Source: Sphyrna mokarran
Taxonomy: Eukaryota
NCBI GenBank assembly: GCA_024679065.1
Contig: JAGIQG010000040.1
Span: forward strand, 9,858,001 to 9,922,000
Length of the DNA stretch: 64,000 bases
Direction: 5' to 3'
The notes below the pieces were generated by a model. The model searched no databases, had not been told where the DNA came from, and saw only the letters and a program-made list of their open reading frames with translations. Numbering within the stretch: position 1 is the stretch's first letter; each line of letters begins with the position of its first letter. A program made the translations under genes and the position numbers. Positions 27,574 to 40,159 of this stretch are shown here, one piece after another.

Positions 27574-28425
27574 GTCAAGTATCTGAGCCCGGCATTATAC
27601 GATTCGAATGTATTCGATTTCCCCCTTTCATTATATTTTACTACCTTTCTCTGCCGTTTTTTTTCAAGACAGAAGTCCAGTTATGTCCTAGCATTGATAC
27701 TGCTGCTTTTTGTGAATTATCAGACTGTTTGCCTCTTGTAATTGTAATTATATTGTGTTCGATACACTGCAAGATTTTTTGAACTGCGATCATGTTATCA
27801 TAGTGTGACTTTTTTTTTCTCCAGAGTCTTAGCGGTATTGTGAATAAATTACTATAAGGATGACAGACAGTGAATGCAGCTTGCATACTTATTTATTCAC
27901 TTTGCTAGCGCAGTTCCCTTGGCTGAAAGAGTACATTGTCATCAAAGTACATGCAGTTATATTATGTTAGTGTCAATGTTACTCTCATGTAATCGGTACA
28001 TTTTCACTCCAGTTTACATGAAATGTCCATACGTTACTCACATCCAAGCTCAAGACGAACAACCCAAACCATGTTTTCCGTATGAAAATAGATCCATTTT
28101 GTTTTGAAAACATTCTGTTGACGAATATTCGCACTGTGATAACGGGTAAATTTAACTTGTGTTATTAACGAAGCCGTCTGTGAATTATCTGCAGCTTCCC
28201 CTGGTCAAATAAGTTAACTGTCACTGTGTTCTCAAGAATGTGAAAATGCCTTAGACAGTTACAGTCGCAGCGGTCATCTGGACTCGAAACTTTGTCTCCA
28301 TTCTCTCCCCGCAGATTTTTATTCTCTGTTTTTATTTCAGATTCCAGCATCCGCAGTATTTTGTTTTTTTTTCTCTTGTTTTTTCTGCATTTCTGTCTCA
28401 ATCCCAATGTCTATTTTTGTTACAG

Positions 28426-29336
28426 CTAACTTAGTGGTGATTGTAATCTTGTCAAGAGGAAGATGTGGACTCTCCAGATGTATCACTTGCTATCTTGTTT
28501 CTATGGCGGCGACTGATCTACTGCTCCTTGTCAGCACTGTGATATTGAACCGGATTGCTGGTATCTATTTTCCATTCGGTTTTCAGTCCATCACGCCAGT
28601 CTGTAGTCTTCGTTCTGCCCTAACTTATGCTGCAATAGACAGTTCTGCCTGGTTAACGGTGGCTTTCACCTTTGACCGATTTATAGCCATTTGTTGCCAG
28701 ATGCTGAAAATCAAATACTGCACCGTGAAGACAGCTGCACGGGTCATAGCTATCGTGTCCATACTGAGTTGCTTCAAAAATTCTTTCTTATATTTTACGC
28801 ATGAACGTTTGGTCATAATTAACAATGTGCCCTGGTTCTGTGGCATAAAATCAACATTTTATACCGAACCAGGATGGGTAGCATTTGACTGGATTCATTG
28901 TATTTTAACCCCTCGTCTCCCTTTCATTCTAATTTTATTGCTGAATGCTCTGACTGTCAGACACATTCTGGCGGCCAGTAGAGCCCGTAAGAGACTGCGG
29001 ACCGGGAACAATGGAGAGAATCAGAATGACCCAGAGCTGGAAAACAGGCAAAAATCTATTGTTTTACTCTTTGCCATTTCAGGCAGTTTCATCATCTTAT
29101 ATTTAATATTTTTTATAACCATCTTTTACGTCCGAGTAGCGAAAGTAACTTATTTCTCAGGTTCTAATGTTAGCCAGTCTACATTTGTTCTGGAGGAATA
29201 CGGGTATATGCTTCAGCTGCTGAGTTGCTGCATCAACCCTTTCATTTATGCAGGGCCCCAGAGCAAATTCAGGGAAGAGTTAAAGAATGGGGTGAAATAT
29301 CCTTTGTTTCTAATTGGTAAATTACATAAGAGATAA
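28426..29336 (+). CDS. GPR139/GPR142-like GPCR gene 2, coding exon 2
   Basis: TTGTTACAG acceptor; open to TAA; MAATDL, TFDRFIAIC and NPFIY motifs; paralogue of gene 1. Confidence 0.9.
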
Positions 29337-30949
29337 AAAGAATAAAATCAAACATCATTTTAACATTGTCGTCCACCTGATCTGATTTGTGTCCATGGAC
29401 TCACTTCCTATATGCCTGTTCACTCACGCTGTAATCTTGACTAATTCAGCGAATTTATGAATGTTTAATAATATTGTGCCCAAAGCATATTGTCCATTCT
29501 CAATTATTTTCAAGTTCAGTTGTTCATGATGAGTTTGATCTGCTGCTTTCCCATCGGTTTTGGTTTGCCTCTGCATTTTTCATTCATGTGAGGAACATAG
29601 AGCAGGACCTCTGATCAGCAAGTGGATGACAAATTTAAGTATTTATTAATTCCATTTAGTTCCTTCCGAGGAACAGTTTGCACATGAGGTGCATGCCAGA
29701 CTCGAAACAATCACTTCCTGAAAACGTTTGCATAATAATATTGATTTTCGGAAGAGTATTCTTTCTAAAGGTGAAAGAAAGAACGTTAGCAAAAATAAAA
29801 ATTATACCAGGATAAATCTATATTCAATGTCCACTGCACACTCTAGCACTTTGTCTTTGTTTTTCAACACTTCGTCAGTGTTTGAATAGATAGTTGTCCG
29901 AAAACCAACCATTCAGCAACAGGCTGATAGATTAGACAAGGAACACTCCAGTGATGGAGAATGTTTGGAACCGTTGGGCCAAATTCAAATGCTATCCCCC
30001 TCCCCAAACAAAGATGTACGTGTCACATTTCATGTCTCCAATTCCACACACACAATGTTTCCCAGAAGTCTGTGCTTTAAAGATAATGTTTAATTTGAAT
30101 GGCCAGTATCAATTTTAAAGATCTCCTCTCTGTTCATCACAAATAAATATTGATTTCACATGAGTACATGTGAATTTCCCACGAGAAGGTTGTGCCATCC
30201 TCCAGATCTCTTAATAGGGAAATCTTGCAGATTTTTACTTCAGTTCGTCCAATGAGATTTTGCAAAATGGTCAGTAAACCACCATTGCACCTTTTTTTTT
30301 CTTTCAGGAGAACATGTGCAATGTGTATTATTTGCCTTCAGATACGAGTCAAATCTCTCCCCTTAACTATGTGTTGCGTTTTCTTCTGTCTTCAGTTAGC
30401 AGCTGTAATCTTCTACAATTTACAGAATTGAACGCATCAATTTCAGTTCCATTGCTGAAGTAACTCATAACATGGCATAATTACGTCATTTTACACTCTC
30501 AATGTTGACATTTGACTGCACTGCAACGTCAGATGTCCATATTTATTGTAATGACTTACTGTCAATCAGAAACCATTGATGCCTCATTTTCCTGAAAAAT
30601 ACCTTTTCTTTGTTTCCTATGACTTATTTCAGAATTGTTGATTGCATGTGACATGACAAGCGCTTCTGCACATTTAATAGAATCAATCCCTGGTCTGTCC
30701 GATTTCCAAATGTATTTTTTTCTCTCTGTTTCGTTTTATGCTTTCAGTATCGTGATCTATCATCTCTGGTATGTTTTCTTGCTATACCTGCGATTGTCAT
30801 TTCGTGATCTACCCCGAAACAGTCGGTTGCTGGACATTAATAGAGCATTTACTTTATTATCTATTTTTGAGACGCATAGCAAACAAATAATAATTGAAAA
30901 AGGCGCGGGGAGACAGTCCAAAGACTTCCCCAGTGGCAGCCCCCTATAT

Positions 30950-33900
30950 ATCAAGGGCGGAGGGTTAAAAAAGGCAAAGCACGAGTACCAGAGTACCTCA
31001 AAGGGGAGGAAAGGGGCTAGAAGGGAGATAGTGGTGGGGGATGGGAGGGTTAAAGGAATAGATAGGCGGTTCTGTGCTCCAACGCGGCACTCCAAGATGG
31101 TAGTTTGCCTCCCTGGAGCAGGGGTGCAAGATGTGTCTGACAGGATAGAGGGCATTTTGAAGGGTGAGGGCACCCAGGCGGATGTGATAATTCATGTAGG
31201 TGAGAAGGATGTAGGAAGGAAGTGCAGGGAGGATATACGAAGGCAGTTCAGGGAGTTGGGGGGTAGGCTGAAGAGCAGGGCCTCCAGGGTGGCCATCTAA
31301 GGGCTGCTTCCAGTGCCGGGTAACAGCAGAGCCAGGAGAAATGACGTCCTACAGCTGAATGCGTGGCTGAAGGACTGGTGTAGGGCAGAGGGTTTCATAT
31401 TTGTGGATAACTGGGAAGTCTTTGTGAAAGAAGAGCACCTGTATAGAAGGGACGGGGAACACTTAAATGGGAAGGGCGTGAATATCTTAGCTGGGAGGTT
31501 AGCTGGAGTGTTTCGGCAGGATTTAAACTAATATGGAGGGGGGAGGGGCTGAGACCGATAGCTCGGTAAAGAGCGAGATCGGAGATAGAATAAGCTTGGA
31601 TGAGAAGAAATACACCGGGGAGAAGGAGGTTGCGAGTAGGCTTGGAGGTCTGGAGTGTGTCTGTTTCAATGCGAGGAGCATAACAGGAAAAAACGGATGA
31701 ACCGTAGGGTCTTCATGTTTGCAAGGAACTTGTATCTGATTGCGGTAACGGAGACGTGGTTAAAGGAAGGGGAGCAGTGGCAACTGAACATTCCTGCGTA
31801 TAAGTGTTTAAGGCGTGACAGAGAAGGGTCCAGAAGAGGTGGGGAGTAGCGTTGTTAGTTAAGGAGAGCATCACGGCGGTGCAGAGGGAGGACAATACAC
31901 AGGAGTTAGGAGCGGAGTCGCTGTGGGTGGAGTTGAGGAATAGAAAGGGGGCGATTACTATGCTAGGGGTGTATTATAGTCCACTCAACAGCCCGCGGGT
32001 AGTTGAAGAAGGCATATGTAAAGACATTTTGGATAGGTGCAGAAAGAACAGAGTCGTTATAGTGGGAGATTTCAATCTCCCTAGGGTGGATTGGAAAGTA
32101 CCTGGAGCTGGAGTACCTGGGGATTTGGACGGGCAGGAATTTGTAAAATGTGAACTGGAAGTATCGTTGGAGCAGTATGTGGCTAGCCCGACTAGAGAAG
32201 GGGCTACATTGGATTTAGTGCTGAGTAATGAGCCAGGGAAGGTGATTGATGTTGTAGTAGGGGAACATGTGGCTAACATTGACCACAATTCTGTCTACTT
32301 TAGGATTGAGATGGAAAAGGATGCTTGTTGCTGTAGGGGCAGGGTGCTGAATTGGGGGAAGGCTAACTACGGACGGATTAGGCAGGAAGTTATGGAAACT
32401 TATTGGGACCGGTTGTTCGAGGGTAAGTCCACGTTAGGCATGTGAGAGTCTTTCAAGGAAATACTGAAGATGTTGCAAGATAAATATGTGCCGGCGAAGA
32501 GGGAAGATGGGAAAGGTAGGATTAGAGAACCGTAGATTACTAGGGATATTGAGGACATTATATGGGAAATATTCAACCTGGAGTGCAGTTACAAGTGGTG
32601 TACCTCAAGAATCTGTTTTAGGGCCACTGCTGTTTGTCATTTTTATAAATGACCTAGATAAGGGTGTAGAAGGTTGGATTAGTAAATTTGCTGACGATAC
32701 CAAAGTGGGGGGAGTTGTAGACAGCGAGGATGGATGTTACAGTTTGCAGAGGGACATAGATAGGTTGCAGAGCTGGGCCATGAGGTGGCAAATGGAATTC
32801 AATACGGATAAGTGTGAGGTGATTCACTTTGGTAGGAATAACAGGCATATGAAATATAGGGCTAATGGAAGGACCCTTAATAGTGTTGTCGAGCAGAGGG
32901 ATCTTGGGGTACAAGTACATAGCTCTTTGAAAGTTGGCACCCAGGTTGATAAAGTTGTTAAGAAGGCGTACGGTGTGTTAGCTTTTATTGGTAGAGGGAT
33001 TGAATTTAGGAGCCGTGAGGTTATGTTACAACTGTACAAAACTCTGGTGCGGCCGCACTTGGAGTATTGCGTACAGTTCTGGTCGCCGCATTATAAGAAA
33101 GATGTGGAAGCATTGGAAAGGGTGCAGAGGAGGTTTACCAGGATGTTGCCTGGTATGGTGGGAAGGCCTTATGAGGAAAGGCTGAGGGACCTGAGGTTGT
33201 TTTCATTAGAGAGAAGAAGGTTACGTGGTGACCTAATTGAGGCGTATAAGATGATCAAGGGATTGGATAGGGTGGATATTGAGAGCCTTTTTCCACGGAT
33301 GGTGATGACCAACACAAGGGGACATAACTTTAAATTAAGAGGTGGTAGTTATAGGACGGATGTCAGAGGTAGGTTCTTTACACAGAGGGTGGTGAGGGCG
33401 TGGAATGCCCTGCCTGCAGCAGTTGTGGACTCGCCTACTTTGGGGACATTCAAATGTTTGGTGGATAGGCATATGGATGATATTGGAGTAGTTTAGGTTA
33501 GAGGGTCCACTGGCTGGCGCAACATCGAGGGCCGAAGGGCCTGTACTGCGCTGTAATGTTCTATGTTCTATGACTTGGTTAGGAAGAAAAGAGAGGCGTA
33601 TGATAAGTCAAAGCAACTGGGAAGGGAGACAGCGTTGGAGGAATATAGAGAGAGTAGGAGGGAGCTCAAACGGGGAGTTAGAAGGGCAAAAAGGGGGCAT
33701 GAAATGATTTTGGCGGATAGGATTAAGGAAAATCCAAAGGCTTTTTACTCCTATTTTAGGAATAAAAGGGTGGTTAGAGGAAAAATCGGACCTCTTAGGG
33801 ACAGAGGAGGGGAACTGTGCTTAGAGCCCGAGGGAATGGCGGTATGGAGGGACTACCGACTTTGCGTCGGTATTCACGAAGGAGAGGGGCTTGTTGAAAA

Positions 33901-36004
33901 CTCCTGTCTCTGAGGGAGCTCTGGACCAGTTGAGGGAAATATCCATACCGAGGGAGGAAGTGTTAGAACTTCTAGGTAGCATTAAAACTGAGAAATCTCC
34001 GGGGCCTGACGGCATTTATCCCAGGCTGCTTAGGGAGGTGCGAGATGAAATTGCTGGGCCTCTGACGCAAATCTTTGTCTCTTCTTTGGACACAGTGAGG
34101 TCCCAGAGGACTGGAGAACAGCTAACGTTATACCATTGTTTAAAAGGGGTAGTAGGGATAACCTTGGGAATTATAGGCTGGTGAGTTTGACGTCAGTGAT
34201 AGGGAAGCTGTTGGAGGGGATTCTTAGAGATAGGATGTATAGGCACTTAGAGCGTTGCGATCTGATTAAGGATACACAGCATGGATTTGTTAAGGGGAGG
34301 TTGTGCATAACAAAACTGATAGAATTTTTTGAGGAGGTGACGAAAACAGTGGACGAAGGGCGAGCCGTTGATGTCATCTATATGGATTTTACTAATGCGT
34401 TTGACAAAGTCTCTCATGGGACGTTAGTTGAGAAGGTCAAGGCTCATGGGATACAAGGACAGGTAGCTTGATGGGTAAGTAACGGGCTTGGTAATAGGAG
34501 ACAGAGAGTAACAGTGGAAGGGTGTTTTTCCAGCTGGAGGTCGGTCACTAGTGGTGTGCTGCAGGGCTTGGTACTGGGACCTCTTCTATTTGTAATATGT
34601 ATAAATGACTTGGAAGAGGGAGTAAGTGGAGTGATCAGCAAGTTTGCAGACGATACAAAGATGGCTGGACTTGCGGATAGTGCGGAGCATTGTCAGGCGA
34701 TGCAGCAGGACATAGATAGGCTGGTAGCTTGGGCAGACAGATGGCAGATGGAATTCAATCCTGATAAATGTGAGGTGATGCATTTCGGGAGAAAGAATGT
34801 AGGGAGGAGGTATATGATAAAGGGTAGACCTATTAAGAGTATAGAAACGCAGAGGGACCTGGGGGTGTAGGTGAACAAGTCTCTGAAGGTGGCAGAGCAA
34901 GTGGAGAAGGTTGTGAAGAAAGCATATAGTATGCTAGCCTTTATAGGAAGGGGTATAGAGTACAAGAGCTGGCCTTTAATGTTGCAGTTGTATAAAACGT
35001 TAGTTAGATCTCATTTGGAATACTGCGTCCAGTTCTGGTCGCCCTACTATTGGAAGGACGTGGAGACTCTGGAGAGAGTGCAGAGGAGGTTTACCACGAT
35101 GCTGCCTGGTATGGAAGGTCTGAGTTATGAGGAGAGGTTAGGCAAATTGGGACTGTTTTCCTTAGAAAGACGTAGACTTAGAGGAGATCTGATAGATGTG
35201 TACAAGATTATGAGGGGTGTAGATAGAGTAAACAGGGTTAAGCTTTTTCCTAGGATGGACTCTAACAGCACGAGGGATCGCGGGCTTAGGGGGAGGGGGG
35301 TAAGGTATAATTTGGATGTTAGAGGGAGTTCTTGCACACAAAGGGTGGTGGGGGTATGGAATGCACTGCCAAGTAAAGTGGTGGAGGCAGGTACTCTGGA
35401 GTTATTTAAGAAATACTTATGGGCACATGAACAGAATGGGAATGGAGGGGTATAGAAAACTGATTTAAAATAGGGTTCATGTGCCTTGGGAGTCCCTGGG
35501 AAGTGTGTAAATAGATGATGATATTGATGTACTTGTTTTTATCCTACAGGTGCTTTGATCCACCTTATTGTCTAATGAGGGACATACACGCGATGGGTCG
35601 TGAGATGTCTGTTCTTGGATTTTTTTTTCGTGAGTATCCTAGTGCTTCATGTCGTCAGTGTACGCTTGACCCGGACCATTTGATGGGCAACACGACAGCT
35701 CGGTGACTTTCGCTGTGCTGTGCAGATACATGGATTTGGGCCTGAATCTGTGGGAGTTTGCGCATTCTCCCCGTGCTTGCGTGGATTTTCTCTGGGTGCT
35801 CTGATTTCCTCCCACATCCCAAAGATGTGCTCTTAGGCTATTTGGCAAAACAAATTCTCCCTAAATTGTCTCAAATTTGGTTTTTAATCCATACATCTAT
35901 AAACAATGGACAGGAATCGTGGGTAGAGGTGGCAACATCGGGGTGGCGGCGCGGGCTCGTTGGGCTGAAGCGCCTGTTTCCCGTGTTGTTTTGTTCTTTG
36001 TTCT
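30950..36004 (+). mobile_element. Long CR1 LINE (ORF1 SGNH esterase, APE endonuclease, RT, long 3' UTR), inactivated
   Basis: ORF1 motifs IVVGD, CLPGA, IIHVG, DGEHL; endonuclease VTETWL, VGDFN, LDLVL, DHNSV; RT KFADD; stops and frameshifts; interrupted by a nested copy. Confidence 0.92.
32557..33571 (+). mobile_element. Younger CR1 3' fragment nested in the long CR1
   Basis: Open RT C-terminal frame and (TTCTATG)n tail; host sequence GATATTGAGGAC|TTGGTTAG (intact at ~18450) is split with GAC duplicated. Confidence 0.92.
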
Positions 36005-37239
36005 AATTCTTCCTTCCATAGTTGTATATTTTGATATCAATTCGATCACATTTACATTGTGTGTTATCTCAGAGTAGTGTCAGCATACTTAGATAGGCAA
36101 TTCTCTATTCCTTCACCACACGACACGCCTTTTGCAATTGAATGCATTTAATTCGTTTCCATTGTCACCAGGGTGTTGTGTTTTTTTTTCATTTGTCATT
36201 GTTACCCTGACAACCACTATACAAGCTAACTGCAGACATCCACCTGTCTAACTGTTTTCGTCCTTGAACTCCATCCTTGTTGTTCGAAACACAAGTTCAT
36301 TGACAACACTGGGCAATTTATGACTGACACTTAGTGGTTGTCTATCACGCATTCATATATGACATAAAATGAATTTGGACTCAATGCATATATGCTCTGC
36401 CGAGGTGAAAAATTAGAAAAGTGAACAAGTGTTCAAATCAGGATCAAAGAGCATTGCGAAGAAAAAGAGTAATGAAATGAACAAGTATATTGTAACACAT
36501 ATGTTCTCAGTGGGGATTGGCCTCCAAGACTGATTAGATAAAAACACAAAAAGCAACGGCATAACTGCACGAATACGAAATATGTATGTGGCGTGAAAAT
36601 TCGTTATTGGAACGAACCAGGTTGTCATGATATGAAAAGCTGGAAGGAAAATATCAAGTTAAGTAACTTGAAGTACAAAGGCATACATTTAGAAATGAAA
36701 TTTGAAGTGATCAGGGATCTGCTCCAATTGGTTTCCTCTGCACATTTTATAATCATCCAGCAAAGAGATAGATAAACATTGCTGCTTTCCCGGGTGAACT
36801 CCAGCATCACAGCTCAAACTGAGACTTCCTCTATCCCGCTTTGTTAATGTCACAATGAAGTCAGATAGTTTAGCGTTTAATTCAGTGAGAAGTTTTCTTG
36901 ACACTTAACCCGAGAGTTTTATCCAGAAATGAATAATATTTCTGTCAGTGCACACCGTTAAATCTGACCCATTACTACGCAGATTTTACCTTGTATCACC
37001 AGTTCCACTGTTCCCGCTTTGCATCTTGTCACTGCCTTTCACTGTCTGTGTTTGTTCCCATCCTCTTGTCCCTGTGACATTTCAAGTTCAGAAGAATACT
37101 TACATATTTTGTTCCACTGATGCTGACAGAATTGCTTTCGACCAGGAATATTTCAGGATTGCTTATCGAAAATATATTTTTTTAACATATCAAAACCAGA
37201 CGGCGAGCCTGCAAGAGCCGAACACGAATCACTAGAGCA

Positions 37240-37960
37240 CCAAGCTGGCAGGGAGTTTAGGAAAGTTGTAGAACATCGAGGTCTAGGGCAACATGGTCAG
37301 AGCTCATTGAAAATGGAGTCACAGGTGGACATGTTGTTGAAGAAGCCATTCGACATGTTTAGTTTCATTGGCCAAAACATTGAATGCAGGGGTTCTACAA
37401 GACATTGGAATACTGTGCCATGGTATAACTCTGATAGTATTTTTACGGACGGTATGTTCTGGTCACCCTATTATAGAAAGGATATTATTAAACTAGAAGG
37501 AGTGCAGAAAATATTTACGAGGATGCTTCCAGGACTTGATGGTTTGAGTTATAAGGACAGGTTGAAGAGACTGTTTTTTTTTCCCTGAGCGTAGAGGGCT
37601 TCGGGATTATCTTATTGGCGTCTATGAAATAATGTGAGGCATAAATCAGCTGGATAGTCAATATTTTTCCCGATTGTAGGGGAGTCTAAAACATAGGCTT
37701 AAGGCGAGAGAGAGAGATACAAAAAAGATCCAGAGGGGCTCTTTTCACACAAAAGTGTGAGTGTCTGGAACAATCTGCCAGAGGTATTAATAGAGGCGGG
37801 CACAATTTTGCATTAAAATCTCTTAGGCAGTCACATGAGTAAGATGGCTATGGAAAGATACGGACCAAGGGCGGACAGTTGGGACTAGTGGGAAAAAGGC
37901 GTTATGGACATGGTCGGCCGAAAGGCCTGCTTCCATTCTGTAGACCTCTGTGACTCTACC
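37240..37960 (+). mobile_element. Old CR1 3' fragment
   Basis: FWSPYYRKDIIKLEGVQKIFTRMLPGL; GGCCGAAAGGCCTG tail motif. Confidence 0.8.
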
Positions 37961-38966
37961 AGATACTGATTACAAATGGGTCAGCCTCCGATTTAAATGG
38001 ATAAAGGAAATATCATTATGCTGGGTTATAAAATGCGATTGACTGAGCAACTTGTCTGGAATTATGATTGTGGAATATTTACTGAATGTAATTTATTTTT
38101 TAAACTAATATGAGCCGGGTATGATCGATAAGAAAATCTAGAGAATGAAAGAAAATGATAAGAAAATCTATAATTGATCTGTTATTGATTGTACACGTTA
38201 AATTCACTGGAAAAGTCCTGCCGCTCTGTTCCAGAGCCACTTATCCCTTTTGGTCATCTCTAAGCAACTGCTTGTTGTGTTTTTGTTTTAAATAAACCTT
38301 ACATCTTTACTCAGATATATCTGCCTCGTTAGTTTTATATGTTCTGCAATTAAAGACAGTATTGGTGATTTCAAATTATCCCATAATACTCGCCATAATT
38401 TGGAAATGTGTAATTTATTATGTACTTACGTCAAAAACACCTCAGTCTCTTGGTTTCCCGTCATGATTTGCACCTCTGCTCTGTATATGTTCTCTTGCTT
38501 GTGGTATGCTTGTCTTTCATGTATTTCAACGGACGAAATATAGGGAGATTCACACTGTTAACCCACACTGCAGCGACTCTAATCGTGTTTTTTTTAAAGG
38601 GGCAGTATAAATTAAACTATCTTCTGCCATACACTATCCTGCATCGGCCTCTGATGGAGCAAAACCTTTGCTTTTTAGAATTACCTGCAACTGGGTCAAT
38701 GACAGAATAATTTATGAGAGAAATCACCAAGGTTTTCCTTATTCTTCATTCGTTTTGTCTCTGGATTTTATCAGAAACAAAGCAGAGATGAATGTGCATT
38801 TACACGGACGGCTCACCTGGTAGCGCAGTGACTCTTCCACTAAAGGCGGGGGGAACATGCCTGCCTGGGAAAGGAGGGGTGGTGGGGGGCGGGGTAATAG
38901 GGAAAATTGAGCAGAGGTGATAGATTTTGGAGAACGGAATTAAGCCAAGCCAGACTTGGTTAAAGT

Positions 38967-38983
38967 TTTATTCGATATTTATT
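38967..38983 (-). terminator. Candidate poly(A) signals for membrane IgM mRNA
   Basis: Two AATAAA on the minus strand ~450 nt after the TM2 stop. Confidence 0.55.
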
Positions 38984-39424
38984 TTAAAAAATTCAGAGAA
39001 AATTTTACAGGGATTTTTTTTTTAAAGTTCGGAAGATGAATACAACGATCCAGAGAACAGAACACATGCAGAGGGAATCCATCAATATTTGTACATCTGT
39101 TACATACATCAGAAAGAGAAAATAGGACCCTGAGAGAAAGAGGAATTAATAAATGGTATAAAGAATGAAAGAAAATCTTATTTATACAAGATATTTAAAC
39201 TAGAAGAAAAGTAATAACCGCAATTACATTATAACACAGAAATACTTCGTACTTTTCACACTGAAAACTGAAATAACGCCTATAAATAGACTCAGTTACA
39301 GGTTTAGAAGATAAACTGACATAATTTTACTGACAGAATGACCGAGAGCTGATATTGCATTTGAGCCATACAGAGATATTGATAATCAGCTGAGGGAAAT
39401 CTGCAGGGTCCAAAATTCAATCCA

Positions 39425-39433
39425 TCATTTGAT
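39425..39433 (-). CDS. IGHM: Candidate IgM TM2 exon coding part (IK-stop)
   Basis: Strong acceptor TCTTTCTTTTACAG followed by ATC AAA TGA, in phase 0 with TM1. Confidence 0.7.
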   Translation of the reverse strand: MK

Positions 39434-39572
39434 CTGTAAAAGAAAGATACAATATTGAAGCAGATATCTATGATGCCGGACATTAACGTTAGAGTTTTTA
39501 ATCAGAGAAACATTGAGAGATTTTCACATCCGTTCTGCCAGTTTGAAATATGAGTGGATTGAATCATTTCAC

Positions 39573-39700
39573 CTTCACCAGAGTGATGGCAGTGCTGTAG
39601 AAAATGCTCAGGAAGAACAGGACGATGAATGTGGAAGCAGTTGTCCAGATGTTGCTGTTATCATCCTCATTGTCTTCAATCCAGATGCGGTTGGTGGTAT
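39573..39700 (-). CDS. IGHM: IgM TM1 exon
   Basis: CCCCCTAG acceptor; (D)[42 protein letters not shown] matches the conserved antigen-receptor TM motif; not in the ORF track. Confidence 0.95.
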
Positions 39701-40159
39701 CTAGGGGGTGGAGACCAGGCATTGAAATCAGATTACTTTATTTATACAGGGATTCGTATTGCTACTTTCCTTTCCCTGTTCTCCTTCATAAGCTGTTAAT
39801 TTATTCTCTTGTATAATTTCCAATGTATATTGACTGTTAAGTTCAGAACACTCAGTAACCAATCTCTGTAACTATTTTCACACCTGATCTTTGTTGACAT
39901 TTTTGGGCAATCCATGTCAGAAATCACTGAAGATGTTGTCTTGAATATTAGTTCATTCTGAACTATTTGCCATTAACCCTTATTGAAGGATATTATGACT
40001 GATGTGGAGGAACCCTCACTGATCAATGACTGTTTCCACAGATGGTTACTGATCTGTAAATTGTGAATGTTGCTTTTTAAGAGATGGATGTAATTTCTGA
40101 TCTTTTCTCATTCATGGTGGAAATGGTCAATAGATCATTAGCTTAATTGCAGTTTCTCA

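Noticed and set aside
28099-28228. CACTGTG heptamers in the GPCR gene 2 intron, suggesting RAG-rearranging GPCRs
   Set aside because: No acceptable nonamer at 12 or 23 nt, and both genes are already complete by splicing
18170-36004. GPCR plus downstream CR1 as one duplicated unit
   Set aside because: The CR1 copies look much more similar to each other than the GPCRs do, and the flanks do not align; independent insertions are more likely
36689-36904. GSLSLSC motif resembling an Ig V B-strand
   Set aside because: No Trp, YYC, splice sites or RSS in register
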